From Dehalococcoidia bacterium (GTDB lineage: Bacteria > Chloroflexota > Dehalococcoidia > UBA6926), in NCBI GenBank assembly GCA_009841045.1, contig VXMO01000002.1, positions 41,248 to 105,247 on the forward strand: a DNA stretch of 64,000 nt, read 5' to 3'. Below are positions 9,356 to 19,207 of this stretch, in pieces (positions within the stretch are counted from its first letter, which is position 1; each line of letters begins with the position of its first letter). The position numbers and the translations under genes are program-made. Below the pieces are notes generated by a model. That model was not told the DNA's origin and searched no databases. It was given only the letters and a program-made list of their open reading frames with translations.

Positions 9356-10372
9356 GTGCTGCGCCTGGCTCTCCCCAGTAACAATCGACTGCTAAACGAC
9401 ACACTGAACATGCTCAATGCATGTGGCATCCACGTGTCTCGCCGTGGAACAGGTCTTGTCGAAGAGGTGCGCGACATTCCGGAGTGCGAGGCCGTATTCC
9501 TCAGGCCGGACGATATACCGGCCATTGTTGCAGAAGGCGGCGCGCATCTTGGCATCACCGGACGTGACTGGTTTGAAGAGAAAAGCCTGTCTGGCCTGGA
9601 GAACGTATCGTGTCTGATCCCGGACTTGGGATTCGGACAAAGCCGACTGATGCTGGCCGCGCCAAGCCGTCGTTTTGGTGATTCCGGAGATATTCCGGTC
9701 GGCGATCTGACTGGATGGGCACGGCAGCTCGGTCGGGATCTGCGCGTCGCCACCAAGTACCCCGGCCTCACGCAGAATTACATGGAGGAACACGGTGTTT
9801 CCGGTAAGGGAGTGAGACTCTTTCAGGGTTCGCACGAATTGCTGCCACATCTTGGCGCGGCTGATCTGATAGCCGATGTCGTTGTCACGGGGTCGACGCT
9901 CTCAGCCCATTCCTTGACCGGTCTGCGCTTGGGCAATCCCCCCCGCCCGATACTGCACTCGAGCGCGGCGCTTATCGCCTGCGTGAATAAGGAAGTCTAT
10001 GACGATCAAGCCGTGCAGTCTGCTTGGCTCGTGCTCGAATACATCCACGCCAATCTCAACGCGGAGGGGCGCTATATAGTCATGGCCAACGTCCCCGGGA
10101 ATACACCCGAAGATGTCGCCCGCAAGCTTTTCGATCTGCCGTCTTTGGGCAGCGTGGGACTGAAGGGTCCTACGATAGCCCCCGTCGTCACGCGTGAGAC
10201 CCTCGACACTGAAAAAGGGGAACGATGGTTTTCCGTATCGTTCGTCATCAACCATCAGCAGACGGAACAGCTTGTCGCAACGGAGTCGCTGCGGATGATC
10301 GGGGCGACGGATGTCATCGCCTTCCCACTCACACAGCATTTCGGCCAGCCGCCGGAACTGCCGCTTCGCTAA
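9356..10372 (+). CDS. hisG: ATP phosphoribosyltransferase, long form
   Basis: LRLALPS, LRPDDIPAIVAEG..LGITGRD, RVATKYP, ADLIADVVVTGSTL, C-terminal regulatory domain with GLKGPTIAP. Confidence 0.92.
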   Translation: MLRLALPSNNRLLNDTLNMLNACGIHVSRRGTGLVEEVRDIPECEAVFLRPDDIPAIVAEGGAHLGITGRDWFEEKSLSGLENVSCLIPDLGFGQSRLMLAAPSRRFGDSGDIPVGDLTGWARQLGRDLRVATKYPGLTQNYMEEHGVSGKGVRLFQGSHELLPHLGAADLIADVVVTGSTLSAHSLTGLRLGNPPRPILHSSAALIACVNKEVYDDQAVQSAWLVLEYIHANLNAEGRYIVMANVPGNTPEDVARKLFDLPSLGSVGLKGPTIAPVVTRETLDTEKGERWFSVSFVINHQQTEQLVATESLRMIGATDVIAFPLTQHFGQPPELPLR

Positions 10373-10386
10373 CGGGTGTCGATGCC

Positions 10387-11151
10387 ATGCCGATGTTGGC
10401 GGTACACCTGAGCATCATCCAGGAACTCGTGGACGAACTTGGTATTGACGAACTTCAGGAGCATATTGGTGCCGCCCTTTTGGGTTCCACCGCCCCCGAC
10501 CGGCGCGTGTTGACCCGTGAGCCACGTGAGGAAACCCACTTTTTCAACCTGACGGAAAGTGGTACGGGCGAAGGGTTTAAGGGCATGAAGAAGGCACTGC
10601 CGGGTCTCGTTTCCCGCTCCCCGGAGGATGACTGGGCACTAACTGCTTTTCTCATCGGTTATGCAAGCCACCTCGCCGCAGATGAGATATGGATCGTCAA
10701 TGTCTATCGACCCTTCTTCGAAGATGATTCGTATCTTGGTGCCGACCCGACGAAGAATATCCTGGACCGCGCCATGCAATACGAGCTGGAGGTTGATATT
10801 CGCGGCAACCGTGAGCAGTTGATGGAATGGCAAAAACAGATTATCGATTCGAATGGCATCACTGATTCCGTGCCTGACTCACTTATCGCAAAGAGTATTC
10901 TGCGGGACTGGAGCGAATTCGTGGCAGGCCGAGTCCTGACCCTGCCCGGAACATGGGCAGAATTCCCACGCTTCATCTCACGCTATTTGGATGACCCTAA
11001 CTTGGATGGAGGGGAAGTCGAGCAGTTGATGGCCGATCCGGAAGGGATGCTTGATCGTGTCTATGCCCGCATCCCCCGGGACATCATTCAACAATACCGC
11101 GCTATCACTATGAACCAGTCACTCAGGCACGCGGAGGAAATCCTCGCATGA
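10387..11151 (+). CDS. Zinc-dependent phospholipase C / S1-P1-like hydrolase family protein
   Basis: N-terminal His (AVH), LLGSTAPD, ETHFF, GYASHLAADEIW metal-ligand pattern; start reassigned to ATG 10387. Confidence 0.7.
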   Translation: MPMLAVHLSIIQELVDELGIDELQEHIGAALLGSTAPDRRVLTREPREETHFFNLTESGTGEGFKGMKKALPGLVSRSPEDDWALTAFLIGYASHLAADEIWIVNVYRPFFEDDSYLGADPTKNILDRAMQYELEVDIRGNREQLMEWQKQIIDSNGITDSVPDSLIAKSILRDWSEFVAGRVLTLPGTWAEFPRFISRYLDDPNLDGGEVEQLMADPEGMLDRVYARIPRDIIQQYRAITMNQSLRHAEEILA

Positions 11152-12488
11152 AGACCTTTCGAGGACTTGAAGAGGGTAAGGCTGGGCTGATTGCCGCCAA
11201 CCCGTGGCTCAACCCGCAGGCGTCAGAATCGACACTCAGTTTTCTTGAGCAGGCGTTCGGCGAGCGCATTTCACCCGAAGAGGCTGTGCGGCGCATCATT
11301 GACATAGTACGCGTGGATGGCGACGAGGGCATTCGTGATCTCGCGCGCAAGTTTGATGGTGTGGAGTTGTCTGCTCTGGAGGTCACACACGAGGAAATCG
11401 CCCGCGCTTACGACAGCGTCGATACCCATGTCATTGACGCGATGCACAAGGCGGCGGAAGAGATTGAAGCATTCCATGAGCAGCAGTCGAGGACTGGCTG
11501 GATGGACTTTGAGCGCGGCGTAGGCCAACTCATCCGCCCCGTGCAGCGGGCTGGCATCTACGTTCCCGGTGGTCGCGCTGCGTATCCATCAACCGTCCTG
11601 ATGATCGGCATTCCTGCCCGTGTGGCCAATGTGCCGGAGATTTTCGTAACCACACCCGCGCGGGCCAATGGCATCGTTGCTCCCGTAACGCTGGTTGCGT
11701 GCAGCATCGCGCGTATCAACCGTGTGTTTCGCGTCGGTGGACCACAGGGCGTCGCCGCGTTCGCCCTTGGAACGGAATCCGTCCCGCAGGTGGACAAGAT
11801 CTTTGGCCCCGGCAATCTTCTTGTTCAGCTCGCCAAGAAGGCCGTCTACGGCGTCGTAGGCGTTGATTCTCTACAGGGTGCCACGGAGACACTGGTTATT
11901 GGGGACGACCGCTCCGACCCGACGCTATGTGCGGCGGACTTGCTCGCGCAGGCGGAGCACGACCCCGAGGCGCGTGTTGTCATGGTGACAACCTCGGAAC
12001 GAATGGCGACGCGGACGGGCAGAGAACTGGAGCGTCAACTGCGCGACTTGCCGGAGAATTCCCCCGCCCACCTTTCTACGCAAACAGGTGGGTTTGTCAT
12101 CGTCGATACGGATGATGAAGTCGCTGACTTCTGCAACGCCTTTGCGCCGGAGCACCTCTGCATCATGACCCAGGACCCGCACGCGCTCATCCCCCGCCTG
12201 CGTAACGCGGGCGGCATCTTCGTGGGTGAGCACTCGCCGGAGGTGTTTGCGGACTACATCGCAGGGCCGAGTCACTCAATGCCGACAGGCGGCGCGGCGC
12301 GGTACAGCTCCCCCGTCAACGTCTTTGAATTCCTCAAGGTGACCAGCCTTGTTGCCGTGCCGGAAGATCGTTTGCAGGCCCTGGGGCCCAGCGGTATCGC
12401 CATCGCGCGTGCCGAAGGCCTTGTCGCTCACGCCAACGCGCTTGAGATTCGTATGGAGGCGGAGTCCGCCATCGATCCGGCGGACTAG
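11148..12488 (+). CDS. hisD: Histidinol dehydrogenase
   Basis: GIYVPGGRAAYPSTVLM, KIFGPGN, DLLAQAEHD, APEHL, AGPSHSMPTGG. Confidence 0.98.
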   Translation: MKTFRGLEEGKAGLIAANPWLNPQASESTLSFLEQAFGERISPEEAVRRIIDIVRVDGDEGIRDLARKFDGVELSALEVTHEEIARAYDSVDTHVIDAMHKAAEEIEAFHEQQSRTGWMDFERGVGQLIRPVQRAGIYVPGGRAAYPSTVLMIGIPARVANVPEIFVTTPARANGIVAPVTLVACSIARINRVFRVGGPQGVAAFALGTESVPQVDKIFGPGNLLVQLAKKAVYGVVGVDSLQGATETLVIGDDRSDPTLCAADLLAQAEHDPEARVVMVTTSERMATRTGRELERQLRDLPENSPAHLSTQTGGFVIVDTDDEVADFCNAFAPEHLCIMTQDPHALIPRLRNAGGIFVGEHSPEVFADYIAGPSHSMPTGGAARYSSPVNVFEFLKVTSLVAVPEDRLQALGPSGIAIARAEGLVAHANALEIRMEAESAIDPAD

Positions 12489-12506
12489 TTGAGAGCGGCA
12501 CGGGCA

Positions 12507-13415
12507 ATGGCTTCATCCATCGAAAAAGGCGTTGATAAGACCAAGCGAGCGTGGTTTGGTCGCGTCACAAGCATCTTTGGCAGAAACTCAATCCCGCCTG
12601 AGACGTGGGATGAGCTTGAAGAAGCGCTGATTGGCGCCGATGTTGGTCTCGACCTGAGCGAGGAGTTGATTGCCCGCACCCGCGACCGCGTTGACAAGAT
12701 TCGTAGCGCCAAACCCAACGACCTCAAGGATGCTCTCGCCGCCGAACTCGTTAACGTTGCCGTCAACGGCGCATCTCCTATCCCGACTGACCACAAGAAT
12801 GCCACGCCCCGCGTCATCCTTGTGGTCGGTGTGAACGGCAGCGGCAAAACGACGAGCATCGCCAAACTGGCGCGACGCGAGATGTCGGAAAATCGACGTG
12901 TGCTGCTGGTCGCCGGAGACACGTTCCGCGTAGCAGCCATCGAGCAGTTGCAGATTTGGGGTGAACGTCTAGGCGCGCCCGTCATCGCGCAGCAGCATGG
13001 CGCGGACCCCGGCGCGGTGGCATTTGACGGTGTCGCAGCGGCCAGATCCCGCGGCGCGGACACGGTCATCATTGACACTGCCGGACGACTGCAGACCAGG
13101 ACATCCTTGATGGATGAACTGCGCAAAGTGCGAAGAGTAGTGGAACGAACCGTTGATCCGGCGGACATCACCATTCTGCTTGTCCTTGACGCGACGACGG
13201 GACAAAACGGCCTCTCTCAGGCCCGCGAGTTCATGGGAGCGGTGGGTGTGGACGGCGTGATCCTGACCAAGGTGGACGGCACATCCAAGGGTGGCATAGC
13301 AATCGCCATCCGGCGTGAATTCGGTGTCCCGGTGACGTACATCGGCACCGGAGAGGGAATAGACGATCTTGAACCGTTCGACGCCAATGCGTTCGTAACG
13401 GCGCTGCTCGCGTAG
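12507..13415 (+). CDS. ftsY: Signal recognition particle receptor FtsY (NG domains only)
   Basis: GVNGSGKTTSIAK, DTFRVAA, DTAGR, TKVDGTSKGG, GTGE. Confidence 0.97.
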   Translation: MASSIEKGVDKTKRAWFGRVTSIFGRNSIPPETWDELEEALIGADVGLDLSEELIARTRDRVDKIRSAKPNDLKDALAAELVNVAVNGASPIPTDHKNATPRVILVVGVNGSGKTTSIAKLARREMSENRRVLLVAGDTFRVAAIEQLQIWGERLGAPVIAQQHGADPGAVAFDGVAAARSRGADTVIIDTAGRLQTRTSLMDELRKVRRVVERTVDPADITILLVLDATTGQNGLSQAREFMGAVGVDGVILTKVDGTSKGGIAIAIRREFGVPVTYIGTGEGIDDLEPFDANAFVTALLA

Positions 13416-13442
13416 AGGCGCGAGCGGTCCAAGCCTCCTCCC

Positions 13443-15833
13443 ATGCTTCACCTGGTTATCTGGCTCGTCCTGCTCCAGGTAATCGGCGCGGCGGGTTTTG
13501 CGTGGGCATTCCCGTTCTTCCGTGACCTTCCCGATCGTGGCTACGGCGTTTCCAAGGTGTTGGGACTGCTTGTGCTTGCCTATGCATATTGGGCCCTCGT
13601 CACGTCGCGTGTTCTGGACAACGGCCTCCTTTCCCTCTTGGCTGTCTTGGCCCTCCTTCTCGGCGCGAGCGCAGTTCTGGCGCGACAGCACCGTGAAGAG
13701 ATGGTCGACTTTGTCCGCAGTCGTTGGCGATTGCTCGCTGCGAGCGAAACCGTATTTCTGTCCGCATTCGTACTGTTCGCCGTTTTCCGCGTCCTCGCCC
13801 CGGACATCACTATCTCCACAGCCATCACCGGCCTCACCACCGAACAACCGATGGATCTTGCCTTCCTCGCCAGTTCCCTGCGCAGCTCGACGTTTCCTCC
13901 GCCTGACCCGTGGCTGGCCGGTCATTCAATCAGCTACTACTACTTTGGATATGTGATCTTCAGCATCCCCGCGCAACTCTCATTGGCAGCTGCCCCGGTG
14001 GGCTATAACCTCGCCTTCATCACCCTCTTCGCTCTGACGGCCGTGTCCGCATTTTCTCTGACAATGAACGCGATCTTGCGAACAGGCATAGCGCGTGTTC
14101 AGCCACCGAGACTGGACATCATCACAGTCATTGGCGGAGTCACGGCGGTAATCGCGCTGCTGATTGCGGGCAACTTGAGCGGCGGGGCACGGGCCATCAC
14201 GGAAACACTGTCGTTGGAAGGAGCGACAGGATTCAGCTTCTGGTGGTGGGACTCAACGCGCATCATCAAGGATCCGGGAACGCTTTCTCCCATCGACGAA
14301 TTCCCCGCGTTTAGCTTCCTGCTGGGCGATCTCCACCCACACGTCATGTCCCTGCCGTTTGTCCTGCTCGCCCTTACCGTGGCGCTCGCGTGGCTATGCA
14401 AACCGGACGCCCCGGACATGTCGTGGCCGCGACAGCGCGCCGGTGAACTCTTCCTAACGGCGCTGATAATCGGCGCGCTTGGCTTCATCAACACGTGGGA
14501 CTGGTTGGCCTATATGTTGCTGCTCTTGGTTGCAATCAAGGCACGGCGACTACGCGAAGAGGGCTTTGGCGGGGCTCTGCTGAGCAAGCAGGCGGCACTT
14601 GACATCCTTATCCCGGCAGCAGCAATCGCCCTCCTGTCGTTAGCCCTTTTCTCACCGTTCTACCTGACCGTGAGCAGCGGCGTGCGTGGTGTGCTGCCCA
14701 TCCACGCCTCTGGTACCGAGCTCAGCCACTACGCGCGTATCTGGGGACCGATGGCGCTCGCCATACTCCCGCCCGCCGCAATCACGGTCATTCGTGTGAG
14801 GCGCAAGGATGTGTCGAATCTGTACTTGGGTGGTGTCATGTTGCTGGCCGCGGGTCCGCTCATTCTCTGGACTTTCGTCGTGGTCGGGTGGAACCTCCTG
14901 CCTCATGACGCCCTCATTCCGGTTGATCCGCCAACAGTGGCCGATATCGGCCTTCGCTGGCTTGTGGCCGCGCCCGCGATGGCATTGGCGGCAGTTGGAT
15001 TCCTGGCGGTGCTGCCAACCGGACGGGAAGACGGCCCGATGCCGCAAGGGATTCAGTTTGCGTGCCTGCTGGTGGCCACAGCCGCGATGGGAATCGTCAT
15101 CACGGAAGTGTTCTACGTCTGGGACTCCTTCGGCGTCCGCATGAACACCGTCTTCAAGGTGCATTACCAGGTATGGACATTGCTGGCAGTCGCGACGGGT
15201 ATCGGCGCCGCTTGGCTCATTGCCCAACGCCCGCAACGACTCTCACCCTCCCGCGGCGGACTCATTCTGATGGGTGCAGGCGGACTGGCTCTGCTGCTGG
15301 TCGGTGCCGTCTACGGCCCCCTTGGCGCAGCGGAACGCATTGAAGGCTCGCCTTCTACTAGCATTCAGTTGGATGGACTCGCGACGTACCGCGAACGATT
15401 CCCGGATGACGCTGCTGCCATCGATTGGCTAGTGGACAATGCCGACCGTGGCGACCACCTTCTTGAAGCACACGGCAATGACTATTCGGATTACGGCCGT
15501 GTCTCCGCGATTACGGGACTGCCAACGCCCATGGGTTGGCAGGGACATGAATATCAATGGCGAGGAAGTACTGAACTGTTTGGGCCGCGAATCCAATACA
15601 CCGAGGAGATTTACCGCGGACAAACCGTCGCGGACGGTGAAACTCTCAGCGAAGATCAACTGAAGCTCAGGCTCGAGTTCTACGGCATTGACTATATCTT
15701 CGTCGGCTCGCTGGAGCGTGCTGACTTTGGAGAGGACACAGCGGACAGGTTGCTTGCCGCCATGCCAAACCGCCTCGAAGTGACTTTTGGATCGGGGAAC
15801 ACAACCGTCCTGCGATACGTGCCCATCGTCTGA
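13443..15833 (+). CDS. DUF2298 / Chlor_Arch_YYY polytopic membrane protein (GT-C-like)
   Basis: EQPMD, FPPPDPWLAG..ISYYYFG, EFPAFSFLLGDLHPH, NTWD, RMNTVFK, TPMGWQGHE; more than 12 TM helices and a soluble C-terminal domain. Confidence 0.85.
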   Translation: MLHLVIWLVLLQVIGAAGFAWAFPFFRDLPDRGYGVSKVLGLLVLAYAYWALVTSRVLDNGLLSLLAVLALLLGASAVLARQHREEMVDFVRSRWRLLAASETVFLSAFVLFAVFRVLAPDITISTAITGLTTEQPMDLAFLASSLRSSTFPPPDPWLAGHSISYYYFGYVIFSIPAQLSLAAAPVGYNLAFITLFALTAVSAFSLTMNAILRTGIARVQPPRLDIITVIGGVTAVIALLIAGNLSGGARAITETLSLEGATGFSFWWWDSTRIIKDPGTLSPIDEFPAFSFLLGDLHPHVMSLPFVLLALTVALAWLCKPDAPDMSWPRQRAGELFLTALIIGALGFINTWDWLAYMLLLLVAIKARRLREEGFGGALLSKQAALDILIPAAAIALLSLALFSPFYLTVSSGVRGVLPIHASGTELSHYARIWGPMALAILPPAAITVIRVRRKDVSNLYLGGVMLLAAGPLILWTFVVVGWNLLPHDALIPVDPPTVADIGLRWLVAAPAMALAAVGFLAVLPTGREDGPMPQGIQFACLLVATAAMGIVITEVFYVWDSFGVRMNTVFKVHYQVWTLLAVATGIGAAWLIAQRPQRLSPSRGGLILMGAGGLALLLVGAVYGPLGAAERIEGSPSTSIQLDGLATYRERFPDDAAAIDWLVDNADRGDHLLEAHGNDYSDYGRVSAITGLPTPMGWQGHEYQWRGSTELFGPRIQYTEEIYRGQTVADGETLSEDQLKLRLEFYGIDYIFVGSLERADFGEDTADRLLAAMPNRLEVTFGSGNTTVLRYVPIV

Positions 15834-15862
15834 TGGCCGTCTGGGTATAGTTAGATTTGACC

Positions 15863-18163
15863 ATGAGCAAATCCCGACGAAGACGCAACCGTAGCCGCCA
15901 GCAGAGCAGAAGCGGCCAGCCGGTGGTCGCCGACCACACAACGTCAGATCTGACAGAAGACCGATCGGACGAGGAACTCGACGATACTCCGGCGCCTGCC
16001 CGGCAACGAGCATGGCTCTCACAAGAAGCGCGACAGAAAGCGGTCAATGACCTTGCTGCGTGGGCGCGGCGACCTGAAGCCGCCATCCTCATAGCCATCG
16101 TCGTTGTAGCCGCCCTCTTGCGTTTCTGGGATCTGGGCACGCGAGCTGTTCATCACGACGAAAGCCTGCACGGCTATTATTCGTGGTTCATGGTGCAAGG
16201 CGGAGGGTTCATCCACAACCCACTCCTTCACGGAACCGTCCAATTCATCGCGACCAGCTTCGTGTTTCGGTTGTTCGGTGCATCGGACGCGACTCTACGG
16301 TTCCTACCGGCGCTTCTGGGCACAATCGTGGTTGCCCTGCCGTATCTCCTGTACCGCCACCGGATGGGTACGCTCGGCGCTCTCATGGCATCGGGCCTGC
16401 TGGCAATTTCCCCCGGCATCCTGTATTTCAGCCGATTCGCCCGCAACGACATCTACATGGTTCTCATCACGCTCGTCCTCTTCTGGACGATGTGGGCATA
16501 CATGGACTCGCGGCGACTACGGTACCTGGTCATTGCCTCAGCAACGTTGGCGATTGGCTTTGCCACCAAAGAAGTAATGTACCTGCTTGTGCTGGTGCCG
16601 CTCACGTTTCTCTTCCTTGCCCACGTGGGCGATGCCAAGCGGCTCATTCGCACGCCGCTGCGTGAATGGCCGCCCGCCGCAGTATTCGGCCTGATCCTGA
16701 CAACACTCGTGCTGCCGATGGGCGCAGCGGGTGTCGCGCTCTTCCAGAACATTCTTGGCCTCCACCTGGCTAATCCGGATTCGGGGGTAAGTGTTGCGGA
16801 GGGCGCGCTGGCAAATCTTCCGGGCCCGGTCGGCGCGCCGATTTCACAAGGCCCGGGCGTAACGACGTGGATCATTGAAAGGCTCTCCGGTTTGCCGGGC
16901 GTCGGATTCGACTTGGCAAACCTGGATGAAATCCAAAATCCCGCCGCGGGAACACTGCTCGGCATTCAGGCGCTGGACATTGCCGTTTTTGTGCTGCTGG
17001 CGCTGTTTGGCGTTGGTGCGGCGCTGGGCATCATCTGGCACAGACGGCATTGGCTGATCATCGCCGGCGTCTTCTGGTTCCTCATCGCCATACTCTTTAC
17101 CACGCTGTTCACGAACGGTATCGGCTTTGGCAGCGGCGTCTGGCAGTCTCTGGGTTATTGGGTGGCGCAGCAGGATGTCGGACGCGGGAGTCAACCTTGG
17201 TATTACTACTTCATGGTTCTGTCCGTGTACGAACTCATGCCCCTCGTCGCCGCCCTCGTAACGGGATTCTTTATCCTCCGGCGTCGCCCCTCATTCATGA
17301 CCTTTGACGTCTTTCTCATCTACTGGTTCCTGCTCGCGCTTGTTTTGCTGTTGATGGCTGGAGAGAAGATGCCGTGGCTGTCCATCCATCTCACGCTGCC
17401 GATCATCATGATTGCGGGACGTGGACTGGGAGAATACTTGCCGCAAGCCCTCAATCAGGTTCGCCAGATAACCCGGCAAGCCGATGCGCTGCGTGTTGGC
17501 CATGCGGTAGCCGTTGGCGGCCTGGCCGTGCTCCTCATCCTCACGGTCAATTCCTCACTCCGCGCCAGCTTTGAAAATGGCGACGTTCCTGTGGAGATGC
17601 TTGTTTACACTCAGACTTCGCCCACACTCGAGCAGGCCGTTGACGAGATTGACCGCTACGCAGCCGCCACAGGCGACGGACAGCACCTGCCCCTCACCAT
17701 CGACACGGCGCATGGGTACTCCTGGCCATGGCATTGGTATTTGCGTGACTACACCAACGTCGAATACCGCTGCATGGGCGGTGAGAGCGTCTGTGGGGCC
17801 GGATCGCCTGTCGTGACCGATGAGAACCCTCCGCGCGGCCTCATAATGGCCCTCAACACGGACAGCGCCTCCAACATCCAAACGACTGAGTGGGGTTCTA
17901 TTGAGGCAAATCGCGTGCGCATTCCGCTCCGATGGTGGTTCCCGGAAGGGGTTTATCGGGGCGACCAGTACTATGAGGGACTCGGTATTGGTGATATTGC
18001 CCGGGGTGCCATCGACCCAGGCGCGTGGTCGACCATCTGGACCTACTGGACTCTGCGGGAGCCGCCGTGGCGCCTTGGCAGTTCTGACATCTACGTTTAC
18101 TTCCCGTCCGACTATGCGCCGGAGTTGAGTACGCCGCCCGATCCGGTCTACGGGCCTGCCTAG
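15863..18163 (+). CDS. TIGR03663-family (Agl23-like) PMT/GT-C membrane glycosyltransferase
   Basis: LRFWDLGTRAVHHDESLHG, PLLHG, YFSRFARND, ATKE, GEKMPWL, LVYTQTS, WPWHWYLRDY. Confidence 0.82.
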   Translation: MSKSRRRRNRSRQQSRSGQPVVADHTTSDLTEDRSDEELDDTPAPARQRAWLSQEARQKAVNDLAAWARRPEAAILIAIVVVAALLRFWDLGTRAVHHDESLHGYYSWFMVQGGGFIHNPLLHGTVQFIATSFVFRLFGASDATLRFLPALLGTIVVALPYLLYRHRMGTLGALMASGLLAISPGILYFSRFARNDIYMVLITLVLFWTMWAYMDSRRLRYLVIASATLAIGFATKEVMYLLVLVPLTFLFLAHVGDAKRLIRTPLREWPPAAVFGLILTTLVLPMGAAGVALFQNILGLHLANPDSGVSVAEGALANLPGPVGAPISQGPGVTTWIIERLSGLPGVGFDLANLDEIQNPAAGTLLGIQALDIAVFVLLALFGVGAALGIIWHRRHWLIIAGVFWFLIAILFTTLFTNGIGFGSGVWQSLGYWVAQQDVGRGSQPWYYYFMVLSVYELMPLVAALVTGFFILRRRPSFMTFDVFLIYWFLLALVLLLMAGEKMPWLSIHLTLPIIMIAGRGLGEYLPQALNQVRQITRQADALRVGHAVAVGGLAVLLILTVNSSLRASFENGDVPVEMLVYTQTSPTLEQAVDEIDRYAAATGDGQHLPLTIDTAHGYSWPWHWYLRDYTNVEYRCMGGESVCGAGSPVVTDENPPRGLIMALNTDSASNIQTTEWGSIEANRVRIPLRWWFPEGVYRGDQYYEGLGIGDIARGAIDPGAWSTIWTYWTLREPPWRLGSSDIYVYFPSDYAPELSTPPDPVYGPA

Positions 18164-18175
18164 GTCCGCGTCTCA

Positions 18176-19207
18176 ATGCTCATCAATAGGCGTACTCTCT
18201 TCGCGCTCGCGGTAAGCGTGGCCTTTCTCGCTGTTGTCTTCTGGAGCATTGATTTCGACGAGTTTCTCGATGCGTTCGCAGAGGCGAACTATCTCTGGCT
18301 GATCCCTGCGGTAATCGTCTATTTCCTGGCATTTACCCTGCGCGCGTGGCGCTGGCAGAGCCTGTTGGCGCACCTGGGCGGAGTGACCTTGGGGCGATCC
18401 TATTTCGTGGCCACTATCGGCTACGCGGCGAACAATGTCCTGCCCCTTCGGCTAGGCGAGTTCGTCAGGGCCTATCTGCTACGCCGCAACCCCGGACTGG
18501 ACATGACCGCCAGCCTCGCGACAATCGCCGTGGAGCGCATCCTTGACGGCTTAACCCTCCTCCTCTGGCTTGGCATCGGCCTGCTGTTCTTCGCCTCCAC
18601 GTGGACGCTCTCGCCGTTGCTAACGCTCGCCGCGCAGGTGGCTGCCGTGGTGTTCATCGGCGCTGGGGTGGCCGTCATCCTCGCTGTGCTGTTTCCTGAC
18701 GCTGCCCTGCGTGTGAGTCATACCGTTACACGGCCTCTCCCGGACCGCTATGCGGCACGTATGATGGGCATTGCGGAGTCGTTGTTGCATGGTTTTGCAG
18801 CCCTCAAGGACGCGCGCAAGATACCGTTCTGGTTCGTGGTCTCCAACTCTGTATGGGCGGGCGAGGCTCTGGTCTATATCCTCGTTGCCGTCGCCATGGA
18901 TGTGGACACCCCTATCGTCGTGCTGTTCGTGGCTGTCGCGGCGTCTAATCTCGCCACAGCCGTGCCCTCGTCATCCGGCGGCATTGGCCCGTTTGAGCTC
19001 CTGGCTAAAGAGACACTCGTCCGCGCCGGCGTGGGGGCCGGACTTGCCACAGCGTACGCAGTCGTCATTCACGCCACGCTGTGGGTTCCCGTTACGATAG
19101 CGGGAGCGGTTCTGCTCATTCTGGAGGGTGTCCCGCTGCGCGAGGTGCTGAGACCCACCAGCGGGATGAACGGATCGGACAACGGACAAGCAAGGGCAAC
19201 CGAATGA
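18176..19207 (+). CDS. Lysylphosphatidylglycerol-synthase TM / UPF0104 flippase-like protein
   Basis: RAWRW, GYAANNVLPLRLGEFVRAY, VERILD, PSSSGGIGPFE. Confidence 0.9.
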   Translation: MLINRRTLFALAVSVAFLAVVFWSIDFDEFLDAFAEANYLWLIPAVIVYFLAFTLRAWRWQSLLAHLGGVTLGRSYFVATIGYAANNVLPLRLGEFVRAYLLRRNPGLDMTASLATIAVERILDGLTLLLWLGIGLLFFASTWTLSPLLTLAAQVAAVVFIGAGVAVILAVLFPDAALRVSHTVTRPLPDRYAARMMGIAESLLHGFAALKDARKIPFWFVVSNSVWAGEALVYILVAVAMDVDTPIVVLFVAVAASNLATAVPSSSGGIGPFELLAKETLVRAGVGAGLATAYAVVIHATLWVPVTIAGAVLLILEGVPLREVLRPTSGMNGSDNGQARATE

